A program made the position numbers and the translations under genes. A stretch of 64,000 nt of DNA. Source: the human T2T-CHM13v2.0 reference genome, Homo sapiens. Below the pieces are notes generated by a model. That model was not told where the DNA came from. It made no database searches and worked only from the letters and a program-made list of their open reading frames with translations. Shown here piece after piece: positions 30,777-43,141 of this stretch (position 1 is its first letter; the number at the start of each line of letters is the position of its first letter). The stretch lies in assembly GCF_009914755.1 (NCBI RefSeq), contig NC_060946.1. The stretch is one strand, 5' to 3'.

Positions 30777-32060
30777 CAGGAGGTTTTCTCCATGGGGCCT
30801 CCCCCAGGGACCTCTTCCTCTTGAGGTTTTTTGGCATCTTGGTCATGAAAGCCGTCCCCAGCACTGGAAAGAAGCTTCCAGATTGCATTCCTCTATGTGT
30901 TGGCACCAAACTCACCACTTTGAGGGAATTGTAGGTTTTGTTCCCGACACCCAGCATTTACAGACTGTAGATGCAACAGACCTCAGAAACGCAGACGCCC
31001 ACGTCGTACAAAAGTGATGGTAGAGGACCCCGCTCCTGCTTCGACTAATTAGTCAACTCTGGGGTGGGGGGTGGGAGCAGAGGCACCTCCTGGGGGCACA
31101 TAGGACAGTGGAGAGCTGAGTCATGATTTCCGTTCCCTGGCCTGGGGCTGAAATAGGTCCCCCAAGGCCTCGTGCAGTTCTGGGCACTGAGCTCCCCTGA
31201 CCACGGCTCCCTTGAGACTCAAAAGACAGGCTGTGCAGTGATGCAGCACTGTGGTCAAAGCTCCGCCTCCCGAGTCTGCGCTGACCTCCCGTCCGTGGGT
31301 CCCATCGTCACTGCTCTGCCCGGCTCCACACTGCAGAGTCCCTGGGAGGGGCCTCTCCAGGCAGATGCCCTACCGGGAGCCTTGGCCTGTCCCCGGGAGA
31401 CACTGTCAGGCCAGTGTTGCAAGAGCAGAGACTGGGGGGTGAAGTGTCGCCTGTAAAGAAGTCTCAACCAGGACCCCAGCAATTCTTATACCCATAACCT
31501 TTGCTGAGGAGGTGGGCAATTGCCAGCCTAAGCCTCTCCCCTGAGCCCAGAGCAGGGGTGATGCCCGTGAGGAGCAGATGTGAAGGCCGCGGGTGTCAAT
31601 GAGCTGCCTCCGGGACGGGCATCGTCTGCGGCCTCTGCGACCTGTGCTGGCTCCTCCGCGACCATCCGCGGAGAGTCTTGCCCTCCCCTGCAGGTGCCTT
31701 TCTGGCCATTTGTCAGTGTGGCCATCAGTGACCATCTGCAATGCGAGAGTTAAATCACCACCGATGGCCACAGTGGCCGTTGCAGAGGCATTTAGACTAC
31801 ACTTACGGGCTTGTTTTAGGAAATGGTTCATTGGAAAAATATTTTCTGCTCAGCTGAAAGTTTTACTGCAGGGAACACAGCACATGAATTTGAAACACAA
31901 ATTCAGGGTATTCGTGTGTAAAGTCTGACCTTTCCTTGAAATGCATTTCACAGAACATCCTGTAACTGGTCCTCCCAGGGAGCGTCAAGAGCAGGTTCTC
32001 AGGGAGACACTGCTAATGTTGGGGCCATTCCTCCATGCCGGCTGCCTATGCCCATGACCG

Positions 32061-32108
32061 TTGCCTGAAAATTTGCTGGAAAATTTCCTGGAAAATTTGC
32101 TGGAATTC
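32061..32108. repeat. four-copy 12-bp repeat TT(G/C)C(T/C)(G/T)GAAAAT
   Basis: units at 32061, 32073, 32085 and 32097. Confidence 0.85.
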
Positions 32109-32114
32109 TGCATT

Positions 32115-32762
32115 GCAGTGGGTGGAATAATGTCCCCCCAAATTCACGCACACCTGGAACCTGTGAATGGGACCCCAGCTGGAAATACTGCCTTTGCCAA
32201 TGTCTCTGAAGGACCTTGAGATCATTCTGAACTTAGGATAGGCCCTAAATGCAATGACAGGTGTCCTTATGAGACAGAAGGAGGCCAGGTACAGTGGCTC
32301 ATGCCTGTCATCCCAGCATTTTGGGAGGCTGAGGCTGGAGGATCACTTGAGCCCAGGGCTTCAAGACCAGCCTGGGCAACATAGAGAGACCCGGTCTCTA
32401 CAAAAAAATTACAAAAAAAAAAACAAATGTAGCCAGGCACAGTGATGCATGCCTCTGGTCCCAGCTACTTGGGAGGCTGAGGTGGGAGGTTCAACCACTA
32501 GGGCCCAAAAGGTTGAGGCTTTAGTGAGCCATGATTGCACCACTGCACTCTAGCCGCAGCAACAGGGCAAGACCTTGTCAAAAAAAAAAAAAAAAAAAAA
32601 AAGAAAGGAAGGAAGAATGAAAGAAGAAAAGGAGAGACACAGAAAAGGTCACACCAAGACAAAGGCAGAGATTGGAGTTGGAGGGATGGGGCCACAAGCC
32701 AACCAATACCGGGCATCACCAGAAGCTGGAAGAGGCAGGAAGGATCCTCCCTTAGAGACACT
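32115..32762 (+). mobile_element. MLT1C-like LTR interrupted by an AluJ
   Basis: TGCAGTGGGTGGAATAATGTCCCCC..GGCCCTAAATGCAATGACAGGTGTCCTTAT; resumes at ~32631 with GGCAGAGATTGGAG..CACCAGAAGCTGGAAGAGGC. Confidence 0.85.
32283..32602 (+). mobile_element. AluJ
   Basis: GGAGGATCACTTGAGCCCAGG, CCTGGGCAACATAG and GAGCCATGATTGCACC diagnostics. Confidence 0.92.
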
Positions 32763-34429
32763 GTAGGAGAGCTGCTCCGGTGGGCTGATGGCAGGTGGCT
32801 CGTGCAGTGAGGTGTCCTCTGGAAGGACTGGCAAAGGGACACCTGTGAAAAGATCAGCTGTCCAGCAGCAACTGAAGGCTCCTGCTGGGTGCTGGGCTCT
32901 GCCTTGGTGGCAGGGCACGGCCTCCCCGAGCTGGCTTGTTCCTGCATTTCTGGTACCCCTTCTCTATCTGAGGGCTGAGTCTGCAGATGAGCTATACGGG
33001 GCTCCTCTTGGGGCTGAGGCTTTGAGGAGCTATATGGAATCGACCTTATGGGATGTAGAGGTCATGTGGAACAGGGGAGGGAGAGGCATGGTATGGGTCC
33101 TGGGGTGGGGTGAGCTGCCCCTCAGAGCAGCTCTTGACTTCTGTGCCATGAGCAGCAGCTATGAGGAGCCCAGCCTTCTGCTGCCTGCCCAGTACATGGG
33201 ATGCACTTAATACCGGACCTCAGGGAGCTGCAAGGGCCTAGGAGGACAGCCCGGTGCTAACCCCAGCTTCACTTCATCTTGAAGACGAAGCTGTGCCCAA
33301 TGGCATGGTCTGGTACAGCCCGGGATGAGGCCACACTGGCCGAGAGGTGCACAGGATGAGATGAGAGGGCACCTGGCCCAGACCCCACTCGGGAAGCAGG
33401 CAGAAGAGCACCTGCCAGCCGCTCCCGATGGCCTGCAGGATAGGAGGCACAGGGAGACAGAGGCATCATGACCCAGGCACTCGGCTTGGGTGGGGGCTCT
33501 GAAGCTCAGGTTCAAATACCCAGGGGCAGCCTCTGCTCATGCCAGTGGGAAGTGTGTCACTCCAAGCCGGGTTTCCTCTTCTGCAGAGGAGCCCATGGAA
33601 AGGGTGGACCTCCCTCTCCCACGAGGAATGGCATCTCACGGATGGTGGATCGGAAGCACTTCTCATGATACAGATGGAATTTGTGGGGCAGAGTGGAGCT
33701 TTAAGCAGCCAAACTGAGTGAAACACCAGCCAACAGACACAGAAGCAAGCACCACGTCAGACCCCACAACCAGGCTCAGAATACCAAGGGCCACCTGCTG
33801 TAGCTAACGGAGGGGCCTTGCAGGGCCAAGGCTTCCCCAGCCCTGGACCCCCTTGCACTGGACACACGGCTGCCGTGACCCACAGCAGCTCCTAGGGCTG
33901 CTGCAGATCAAGTCTCAAGGACAGAAAGGTTATGCTGGGGAGCCGGGACCCCTTCTCCTCCCCTTCTGCTCAGGCGTTGCCCCCAACCTCTCAAGGGGCC
34001 TCCAGGGCCATTTAGTGTGGTGGCCGTGAAGCCACGTGGCTGCGTTGTTTAATGTGGGGTGGAGGGTTCTGCTCCTGCGTGGCAGAGCACTTGGGCCAGG
34101 GCCCCGAAGGTTGGGTGTTGAGTTCCTTGCTCTGCCATCTGTAAATAAACTTGGACAGAATTTTCATTGATCTCATCTGCGAAATGGGCATGATAAATAA
34201 CAGCAGCACCCTCTCCACCTCCGTCAAAAGACAAAAGGGGAACTTTGTAAACTCTCAATTTGTGGACAGATGATGGTCAGCATTCCTTCCTCCTCCCTTT
34301 CTTGGCCCAGCCTGTTCCACAGAGGAGCACTTCCGCCCCATAATAATGCAGTGAGGGGCACATGTCCATGAGAACATCCAGCAGCAGCCCAGGCTGAGCT
34401 CAGCGGCAGCGTCACACCCAGGCTTCAGC

Positions 34430-34590
34430 AGTTTGTACTCACAACCTCTTATGATCAGCGCAAGAATCCTAGAACAGAGCTAGCATTTCCCCCATGTTAC
34501 AGAGGAGGAAACTGAGGCCCAGAGAGTTTCAGCAACTCCTGTAAGATGGGACAGTGTCATTCCCAAGCCTAAATCTGTGACCCCTCCATG
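34430..34590 (-). mobile_element. MIR
   Basis: CCCCATGTTACAGAGGAGGAAACTGAGGCCCAGAGAG core. Confidence 0.75.
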
Positions 34591-35128
34591 GGCAGCAGCT
34601 CCACAGGGAGAGGGAGCCAACATCCTCATCCCTGGGCGCAACATGCTTTCCTTCCATTATGTTCAAAATTTCACAGCGAATAGATGAGATTTTCTAAGCA
34701 GTACGATGCCCCTGAGAAGACCATTTGGTTGTCTATGATAAGAAATCATTTTGGATAAAAAGTGACTGCTTCAGATCTACAAGCCACAAATCGAATTAGA
34801 CGTTTTGCTTTTGGGTCTGAACCTCTGCAAATAAGACACGTCATCTGAAGACAGAGGGGCGCTGGGGTCATCAGCCATCCAGATAGGAATAAGCCAGGTT
34901 TCCTCCAGGGGTGCCCAGCGGAGCAGGTACCAGTCAACAGGGCTCTGTGCCGCCAGCGAGGTCCCAGCACGCAAGCGGACACATTTCCGAACGGAGCTTC
35001 TCAGAATCCTGTTTGGGTTACTTTACTCTATTTTTGCTTCTAAGTGATTAGATAAACAGATGGACCTCCCCCCCTCCCCATGCCCAGAGCATTTCCAGAG
35101 AGGATCAGCTTCATCTTTCCAATCAATT

Positions 35129-35153
35129 AAAAAAAAAAAAAAAAAAAAAAAAA
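35129..35153. repeat. isolated A25 run
   Basis: direct inspection; no retroelement body immediately upstream. Confidence 0.9.
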
Positions 35154-35210
35154 GACGAAGGCTGCTGTCGTGGAAAGATTACTAGCTGTGTTTTAAGAAA
35201 AGATAGCTCC

Positions 35211-35538
<328 letters not shown>

Positions 35539-37247
35539 CTATCTCTGCCCCCACGTTCCCTAAGGAACTTCTGTGACGCTATGGCTTCCAGAGTGTGAGG
35601 TGCTTTCTCATCCTTCCATGAACATGCGGCGGGAAGGTGACACCTTCGTTAGGGAGCCCCCTTTGGGCTACACTGGCACGTCTTTCTCCTTGTGCACACG
35701 TGGCTCAGAGGGGCCGCCGTCCAGACACGCAGCCAGCCCTGGAGGCTGGGGCTTCCCCTAACTCCTCACAGCCATCTGCTTCCCTCCCACCATGCTGGCC
35801 CCATCAGGTCCCCCTGCCCCTGGGGCCTCCTGTCCTCATCCCCCAAGCTGGGCCCTGGCCAGAGCAGCTTGAGGAAGATGGAATTTTGACTCACAAGGTC
35901 TGTTCTTTGCTGCTTGGCAAAATGGAAGAATAAAGTACCTGTGAGAACCGCGTGGTGGCCTCCGGGGGGCCAGGGCTCCCTGTTTCCTTAACAATCCCAG
36001 AGACCTGGAGACTGGCCAAGCCCACATGTGGACAAACCCAAGCAGGACTTTCCCGTCTTCTTCGGCTCCTCTCGGCTGACTTTTAAGCCGGCCCCGTGGG
36101 GTGTGGCGTTCCTTGTCACAAGCCGCAGAATTCAGGGTTTCCCCACTGCTGCCACAGCCTAATACTTGTCTTGTTATTTTCTTGGGCTAAGGGTTCTGAC
36201 CAGCACGCATCTTTGAAACGAGTGAGAATGATGTTCCAATTTAATCTCGCAGCATCGGGAGGGCTCCAGGCTCCAGGTGGGTCTCCTGGGACCATTTAAA
36301 ACGATTATATATGAGCACAGTGCTGAGAGAAGAGCCCCAGAAACACTTACTCATCAAGACACACAGCCACCAGGGCTCGGGAAATGACCTGGCTTCATAA
36401 AAGCAGCCACACTCATTCATTCACGCGCTCACGGAGGAGGCCGCGGCGCCGAGCCCTCCCAGGAGTTTCTTTCACTCTGTCGCTTTAGGTTTTGAACACA
36501 GTGCACTGCACCTACGGTTTTAAGATCTGCGAAAATGGAGGCTTCTCCTCCGTCCTCACACAGGGAAGCAGCACTGGAAGCATGTGCGGGCCGTGTGTGT
36601 GAGCATCTGCCGATGTCTCGGGCTGGAGGCTGGGACACTCATCCCGGCTGGAGCTGAGCAAAGGCTGCTCATGGACAAGGAGACAGGACTGTGTGACCAC
36701 CTGCCCCGCTGTGCCCCACGACGGCACCTCTCAGTGGGATGCCTGGGGCCTTTAGCGCCAGGAGTGTGCAGGCCAAGGCCGGCGGGCCTATGGTCACATT
36801 CCTGGTGACTTGGTACTTCTCACCTTGGTGAGACTGCAGAGTCAGTGCTGCCCAGGGACACGCAGAAGGAAACCCACAGGTGAGGCTCCGGGCCACCTGC
36901 AGAGATTCCTGGGAGCATCCTTGTGGCCTTCCCTTGAGGTGCCCTCACTGCTCACCTGCCCGCAGAGGCCAAGCTGAGGTTCAGGGGGCCAGCTCCTGCT
37001 TCCATTCCTACGATGATGCCTTCCTAACTCCAGTACAGCTGTCCCCGCGGCTCGCCCCTCACCTGTGTGCAGCTCTGCACCTGTGGACACAGCCCAGCCC
37101 CAGGCCCTGATGAGAACGAAAAGGGGAGAGACAGGCAGCTGTGCACCACCCACGATCCTGGGAGCCAGGCGTCCACCCCAGAGGCTCCTCCCAGACAGGG
37201 TCAGCCTAACCCAGCTCCCAGAAGGCCCAGATGTTGCAGGGGCCCGA

Positions 37248-38364
37248 CCACACACACATGCACACCACACACACACATCCCACACCATAATCATACACAC
37301 ACATCACACACATACACACCACACCACAACCATACACACCACACCACAACCATACACACCACACACACACATCCACCACACACATCACATACACTTACCA
37401 CACAAAGTCACCACATCGCAACCACACACACACATACACACATCACATACACAACACAACCACACACAGCATACACAGACACACACTACACCATAAACAT
37501 ACACACACGCCACAACCACATTCACGCCACAACCACATTCACACCACACCCACACACAACAACCACCACATACCACACACACAGCATACAGACACAAACT
37601 ACAGCATAAACACACACACACCACAACCACATTCACACCACACCCACACACAACAACCACCACATACCACACACAGCACACACCTCTCACAACAACACAC
37701 CACAAACCACGCACCACACACCACACACACCACCAACCAAAACCACACAACCCACCCCCACACACACTCCCACACCCCCACACACATCACATACACACAC
37801 ACACACATGCCCATACCCTACAACCACACCATAAACCACACATCACACACATACACATACACAAGCATAAACACACTACATCACATACACACATACACCA
37901 GAACCATACCCACACTGCACTCACATACAACACCACATACCACGTTACACACACCACTCACAACCACACACCACAAACATCACACCACACACACACACCA
38001 CACAACCCATCCCAACACCACATACCCCCACACACATCACACACCACACATGCACACACCCTACAACCACACACAAACCACACACCACACACATACACCA
38101 AACACCCTACAGCCACATACCACATACACACACACACCACAACCATGTACCATAAACCACACACATACCATACCACACACCACTCACTACACCCACCCAC
38201 ACTCAGGCATGTAGCTCACCACACACAGGCACCACACTCACACACAGGCACACACACACACTCACACACACACACCGACACACACAGGCATCACAACATA
38301 CACACTCACATACACACAGGCACACACAGCCATCACAACACACACACAGCACCCCCCAACACAC
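37248..38364. repeat. ~1.1-kb degenerate (CA/CCA)-rich low-complexity tract
   Basis: almost only C and A; internal ~55-bp duplication near 37528 and 37622; source of the His/Thr and Val/Cys ORFs. Confidence 0.95.
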
Positions 38365-40703
38365 TCCTTCCTTTGACTGCTGTCTACACAGCCTCCAACA
38401 CGAGTGCAGGCCGACCTGGGCGTCCCGAGGACACACATCCTTCAGTGTTGGGCCCCAGGCCACTGTGAGGGTCAGTGTGGAGGGAGTGCCTTGCCCCGCC
38501 GCCAGACCCTTGGCAGAGAAGGCCTTGGTGGAAGGCCCTGCTCCTGGCTCCTGAGTGACGGCATCCGAGGCTCACCTCCAGCCAGCCCCGTGCGAGGAGC
38601 ATCCCCCACGGTGCCTGGCCGCCTCCTGAACCTCAGGAGTTCCCAACACAAGGTCCGCAAGAAGCAGCCGTGCCATGAGATCCAGAAAGCGGGAGCCGCA
38701 GGGACAGGCCTGGGCAGAGACCCCCGACTCCAGGCAGAGGCCATCTGTCCTCCTCCCACTCCCGGGACCTGGCCGAGGTGCTCCAGCCCTCCTGGGCCCA
38801 CAGCAGCCTTCAGACCCGACTCAGCTGTGTACTCTCCTTGCACCACGGTGACTGTGTCTCGGTCTCTCCTCCATGATCCCCGACACACACCCAGCACTGC
38901 AGCCACCACATTCACCCCATGTGCACACCTGGGGCCCAAAAAGACTGCAGGTTTCTCAAAGATGCCTTGCAGAAGTCATCGGGGAACCTCCAGCTCTGAC
39001 AGGGCCTGGCCCAGACTGGGTTCTAGAGAGGCACCGCTGAGCTGGCTCCTGCCCTGCATGCATTCTGCCACGTAAGATGACATTGGGGCCTGTGCTTTAC
39101 ATCCTCTGCCAGAAAGAAAAAACATTCAGGGCCAGAACTTGGCCCTCCAAGTCCAAGGCTGGCCTTAGCACCGGGAGGGATGGGGCAGATGGCCCTGGGG
39201 AACCACAGCCTGACCCTCCCTGTTGGGACCCCACAGAACTCGAGGTCATTCCCACTGCTCTCCACTCCCACCACCACCCCCAACGATCTCTTTCCACCCC
39301 ACAGTTGAGCACTTTTAGACACTAGCTGCAAAGGGAGAGATGATTGATTCATTATGAATCTCTTCCAACCTTTGTCTATGGCGGGAACGTGCTACCTGTG
39401 ACCTTTGGGGAGTGAGAAGCCTTGCTGTTTGTGTGCCGGGTGTCCTTGTTAGACCGAGAGGGACCTGTGCAATGAGACATGGGTTTCAGTTTTGGGCACA
39501 CAAGCGTCAGTAATCCACAATTGAATGATGCTGCCATTCACAAAGATGAACTAAGGTCATTATCTACCCTATTAAGGTATTTACAACACGTGCCTTCCAA
39601 GGAGAATGTGGCTCCTCCCACTGTCCCATTGTCCAGGCCAGGGTGATCTGAGTGTTGGAATCCCAGGGTTGAGGGGAGTCCAGGACTGGCCTCCCTCCTC
39701 TGGCTGCTGGGCAGGCTGATGGATCCAGGCCGATTCGCAGAAGATTTGGAAAAGATGAGAGCTCTTAGCTGCTTTCTGGTCTTTGCAGCAAAAACCTGAC
39801 CTGCAGGCTTTCTTCAGGCTTCTCCAGACCGACCAGGAGGAGGTCATGCATGGTCAAGGTCATGTCTCAGAAGAAGCCTCTTAAAAGAAAGTTGGAAGGG
39901 TGGGTTTTCATAAATATCTTTTGGTGAAGGCAGATGCTACAAGTCTCTTTGAAAATGAAGACTTCTTTTCCTGAGAATTATAAGAAAAGATATGAAAGAT
40001 ATTAGTAGATTAACTTACAATATAGAAGCCCGGAAAAGCCATTGAAATCCACGGGTACAGGCACAAGGAAGTATAGGACAATGAGGTGAAATGAGCTGAG
40101 ATGATATAACAACTATAAGAGGGAGAAAAGAAAATCCCAGCCTGCTATCAGCGCTGCTATTACTAGTTTTGACAAGAGAAATATGCTTTCATGATGGGAT
40201 ATTGTGTTTTCAGTGAGTCTAGTAATGAAATTTTTAAAAACCCAGTGACGATCCAAATTTTAGCTAGGAAGCCTATTATTAAAATTGATAACACCAGCCT
40301 AATGTATTCTAAGTTATGGGTACAGGAGATGATAAATATTGAGCATTTGCATTGTATAAAAATGTTTTAGTAGATGGTTTTGTAGTCAGGAAGATTAGCT
40401 GACTCTTTGATTGGCTGCTACAGAGCAGGAGAATAAAGATAAATGCTGTAAAACGCGTATGTACCTCAAGGGAAGTGTTTGAAATGATAAACGGCTTCCT
40501 TGTACTCCTCAAAAGCATTTACTTCTAATCATTGCATCCCATTTCTTATTTGGACCTGAAGTACCTGCAGGAGAGCAGAAGGCAGGCCCAGGAGCGCAGC
40601 CATGGGCACGTCTCTCTCACCATCTCCTCTGGCCACAGGAGACAGGGTTGAGGGTGAGGGCCGGTGGAGTGTTTCCATCCCGGGATAATTTCATAGTCCA
40701 TAC

Positions 40704-41957
40704 TTGGGATGTTCATGTCCCTGAGCCCACTCACCTGTCTCTTATTGAACCTCCTGTCCCTGGGGCCTGGAGTCCAGAGCCCCTCCCTGCAGACCTGATT
40801 TGGGATGTTCACGTCCTTAAGCCCACTCACCTCTCTCTTCTCGGACCTGGTGTCCCTGGAGCCTGGGGCCTGGAGTCGGGAGCCTCTCCCTGCAGGCCTG
40901 ATTTGGGATGTTCATGTCCCCGAGCCCACTCACCTGTCTCTTCTCAGACCTCCTGTCCCTGCGGTCTGGAGTCTGGAGCCCCTCCCTGCAGACCTGATTT
41001 GGGATGTTCACGTCCCCAAGCCCACTCACCTGTCTCATCTTGGACCTCCTGTCCCTGGGGCCTGGAGTCCGGAGCCCCTCCCTGCAGACCTGATTTGGGA
41101 TGTTCACGTCCCCGAGCCCACTCACCTGTCTCTTCTCGGAACTCCTGTCCCTGGGGCCAGGAGTCCGCAGCCCCTCCCTGCAGACCTGATTTGGGATGTT
41201 CACGTCCCCGAGCCCACTCACCTGTCTCTTCTCGGACCTCCTGTCCCTGGGGCCTGGAGTCCGGAGCCCCTCCCTGCAGACCTGATTTGGGATGTTCACG
41301 TCCTTGAGCCCACGCACGTGTCTCTGCTCGGACCTCCTGTCCCTGGGGTCTGGAGTCCGGAGCCCCTCCCTGCAGACCTGATTTGGGATGTTCACGTCCT
41401 TAAGCCCACTCACCTGTCCCATCTCAGACCTCCTGTCCCTGTGGTCTGGAGTCCGGAGCCCCTGACTGCAGACCTGATTTGGGATGTTCACATCCCCGAG
41501 CCCACTCACCTGTCTCTTCTCGGACCTCCTGTCCCTGGGGCCTGGAGTCCGGAGCCCCTCCCTGCAGACCTGATTTCGGATGTTCACGACCTTGAGCCCA
41601 CTCACCTGTCTCTTCTTAGACCTCCTGTCCCTGCGCCAGGAGTCCAGAGCCCCTCCCTGCAGACCTGATTTGGGTTGTTCACGTCCCCGAGCCCACTCAC
41701 CTGTGTCTTCTCGGACCTACTGTCCCTGGAGCCTGGAGTCCGGAGCCCCTCCCTGCAGACCTGATTTGGGATGTTCACGTCCTTGAGCCCACTCAGCTGT
41801 CTCATCTTGGACCTCCTGTCCCTGCGCCTGGAGTCCGGAGCCCCTCCCTGCAGACCTGATTTGGGATGTTCACGTCCCCGAGCTCACTCACCTGTCTCTT
41901 CTCGGACCTCCTGTCCCTGGGGCCTGGAGTCCGGAGCCCCTCCCTGCAGACCTGATT
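40704..41957. repeat. 96-bp VNTR, ~13 copies
   Basis: CAGACCTG-type anchors at 40790, 40893, 40989, 41085, 41181, 41277, 41373, 41469, 41565, 41660, 41756, 41851 and 41947; one 103-bp and two 95-bp variant units. Confidence 0.98.
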
Positions 41958-42634
41958 GCTGTGCGTGCCATTCTGCTGGCTATGATGTAAGTGAAAAGCC
42001 CGGTAGTCCCCACTTCCTTAAGTGGTTACAGTTTCTCCCCCTCAACAGACTTTGTTTTCATTGTCGTCCTTGTTGTTTCCTCCAGTCATTGTCACTGGGC
42101 CATAAATGTGGATGACATGGCACTCAATGACTATTGTCTGAAACGTGAAGATGAAAGCCTGGGGTGAGAAGGGAGTCTCCGTTTGTCCAGGTCACAGGCA
42201 GTGCTGGGCATAGAGGTAAGGGAGGCACCTAGAGGCAAAGCTGTAAGGGTATCCTCACTCTCAGTTTACACCCTGGAGGATGGGCACCTGCATGCACTCT
42301 GCCCCTTGGGCACCTCCCCCGCCTCCCTTTAGCCTTGGCAAAGGATTGCAGGGGATCCCTGTCTTGCTGGCGTCAGCCGGGCTGGGAGGCACTCATTTCC
42401 TATCCTGGCAGCCAGTGCTCACACACTTCTGGGGTTCACCTTTTACAATCTCATTTAATTATGCAGTGTTCAGTGGAAAGTTGTTCAATCTCTCTTTCCC
42501 AGCCCCCAACTCAGTCGTGAATTCCTAGTAGCACAGTATCTTTTCTTATGCTGTGACCTCAGCACGCAGCTCAGAGGCTGAGCTCAGCGAGTTGGGAGTG
42601 ACTAAGAAGTGAGGCATTTCTTTCTCAGTGTGAA

Positions 42635-42758
42635 AAAAATATTCTGGAATTAATGATAATGGTCACACAATACTGTGAATATACTGAAAACTGTTGAATT
42701 GTATATTTTTAAATGTGAATTTTATGCTATGTACATTATATCTCAACTTCAATAAAAG
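42635..42758 (+). mobile_element. old L1 extreme 3' end fragment
   Basis: TGTGAATATACTGAAAACTGTTGAATTGTATA..TGTGAATTTTATG..TATATCTCAA..AATAAA. Confidence 0.75.
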
Positions 42759-42763
42759 AACGT

Positions 42764-43141
42764 TGTATTAGTTTGTTCTCACACTGCTAAAGATATACCT
42801 GAGACTAGGTAATTTATAAAGAAAAGAGGTTTAATTGGCTCATAGGTGTGTGGGCCATACAGCCTTCTGCTTCTGGGGAGGCCTCAGGAAACTTACAATC
42901 ATCACAGAAAGCGAAGGGGAAGTAGGCATATATTCACATGGCCAGCAGGAGAGAGAGAGAGGGAAGGGGGAAACGCTACATACTTTCAAACAACCAGATC
43001 TCATGAGATCTCTATCAGGAGACCAGCATGGGGGAGGTCCACTCCCATGATTCAATTACCTCCCACCAGGCCCCTCCTCCAACACTGGGAATTACAATTC
43101 AACATGAGATTTGGGTGGGGACACAGAGCCAAGCCATATCA
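42764..43141 (-). mobile_element. MSTA-like MaLR solo LTR
   Basis: TGTATTAGTTTGTTCTCACACTGCT...GAGATTTGGGTGGGGACACAGAGCCAAGCCATATCA. Confidence 0.93.

Noticed and set aside
37065-38468. His/Thr-rich and Cys/Val-rich ORFs
   Set aside because: Artefacts of the CA-rich low-complexity tract.
40704-41957. CRISPR-like array interpretation of the regular repeat
   Set aside because: Units are contiguous with no unique spacers, there are no cas genes, and the DNA is primate.
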